A stretch of 63,980 nt of DNA, the filler included, from Octopus bimaculoides (taxonomy: Eukaryota): assembly GCF_001194135.2 (NCBI RefSeq). It is 9 parts of 9 records of this genome, joined end to end, with 100 filler letters (N's around TTAATTAATTAA, not from the genome) between each part and the next. Parts side by side here need not be neighbours in the genome. Positions count along the whole stretch, not along the records: positions 62,846 to 63,980 come from NW_026402153.1; 8 more parts are not named here. The stretch is one strand, 5' to 3'. The notes under the pieces were generated by a model, which ran no database searches, had not been told where the DNA came from, and saw only the letters and a list, made by a program, of their open reading frames with translations. A program made the translations under genes and the position numbers. Numbering within the stretch: position 1 is the stretch's first letter; the number at the start of each line of letters is the position of its first letter. Shown here one piece after another: positions 63,938 to 63,980 of this stretch.

Positions 63938-63980
<43 letters not shown>

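Overview
Eukaryotic, AT-rich, repeat-dominated genomic DNA; it is not prokaryotic and has no CRISPR, rRNA or true tRNA gene that I can support. The SINE, RTE and microsatellite landscape looks like octopus (inference from repeat families, not a database hit). The window is nine sub-scaffolds joined by eight artificial 100-nt spacers (44 N + TTAATTAATTAA + 44 N), so order and orientation across those joins are uncertain. Well-supported host coding sequence: one 172-nt exon of a receptor guanylyl cyclase (36846-37017, +) and an intronless 279-aa CCDC42/CFAP73-family ORF (52145-52984, +). Weaker candidate exons lie on the - strand (2425-5362, 15073-15150, 53794-53845, 55951-57149). Mobile DNA includes a full-length IR/DR Tc1 element, two mariner derivatives, a pogo/Tigger-type MITE, a Helitron 3' end, RTE, Tx1/L1 and Penelope fragments, and at least three tRNA-derived SINE families. 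The most striking unexplained signal is a cluster of three same-strand type I hammerhead-ribozyme folds at 48402-49706. One has a compensatory G3:C8 catalytic core instead of C3:G8, which suggests a family of retrozyme-like or Penelope-associated repeats. Most long ORFs in the supplied track are microsatellite or N-gap artefacts. Repeat boundaries are approximate unless a TSD or TIR is quoted.
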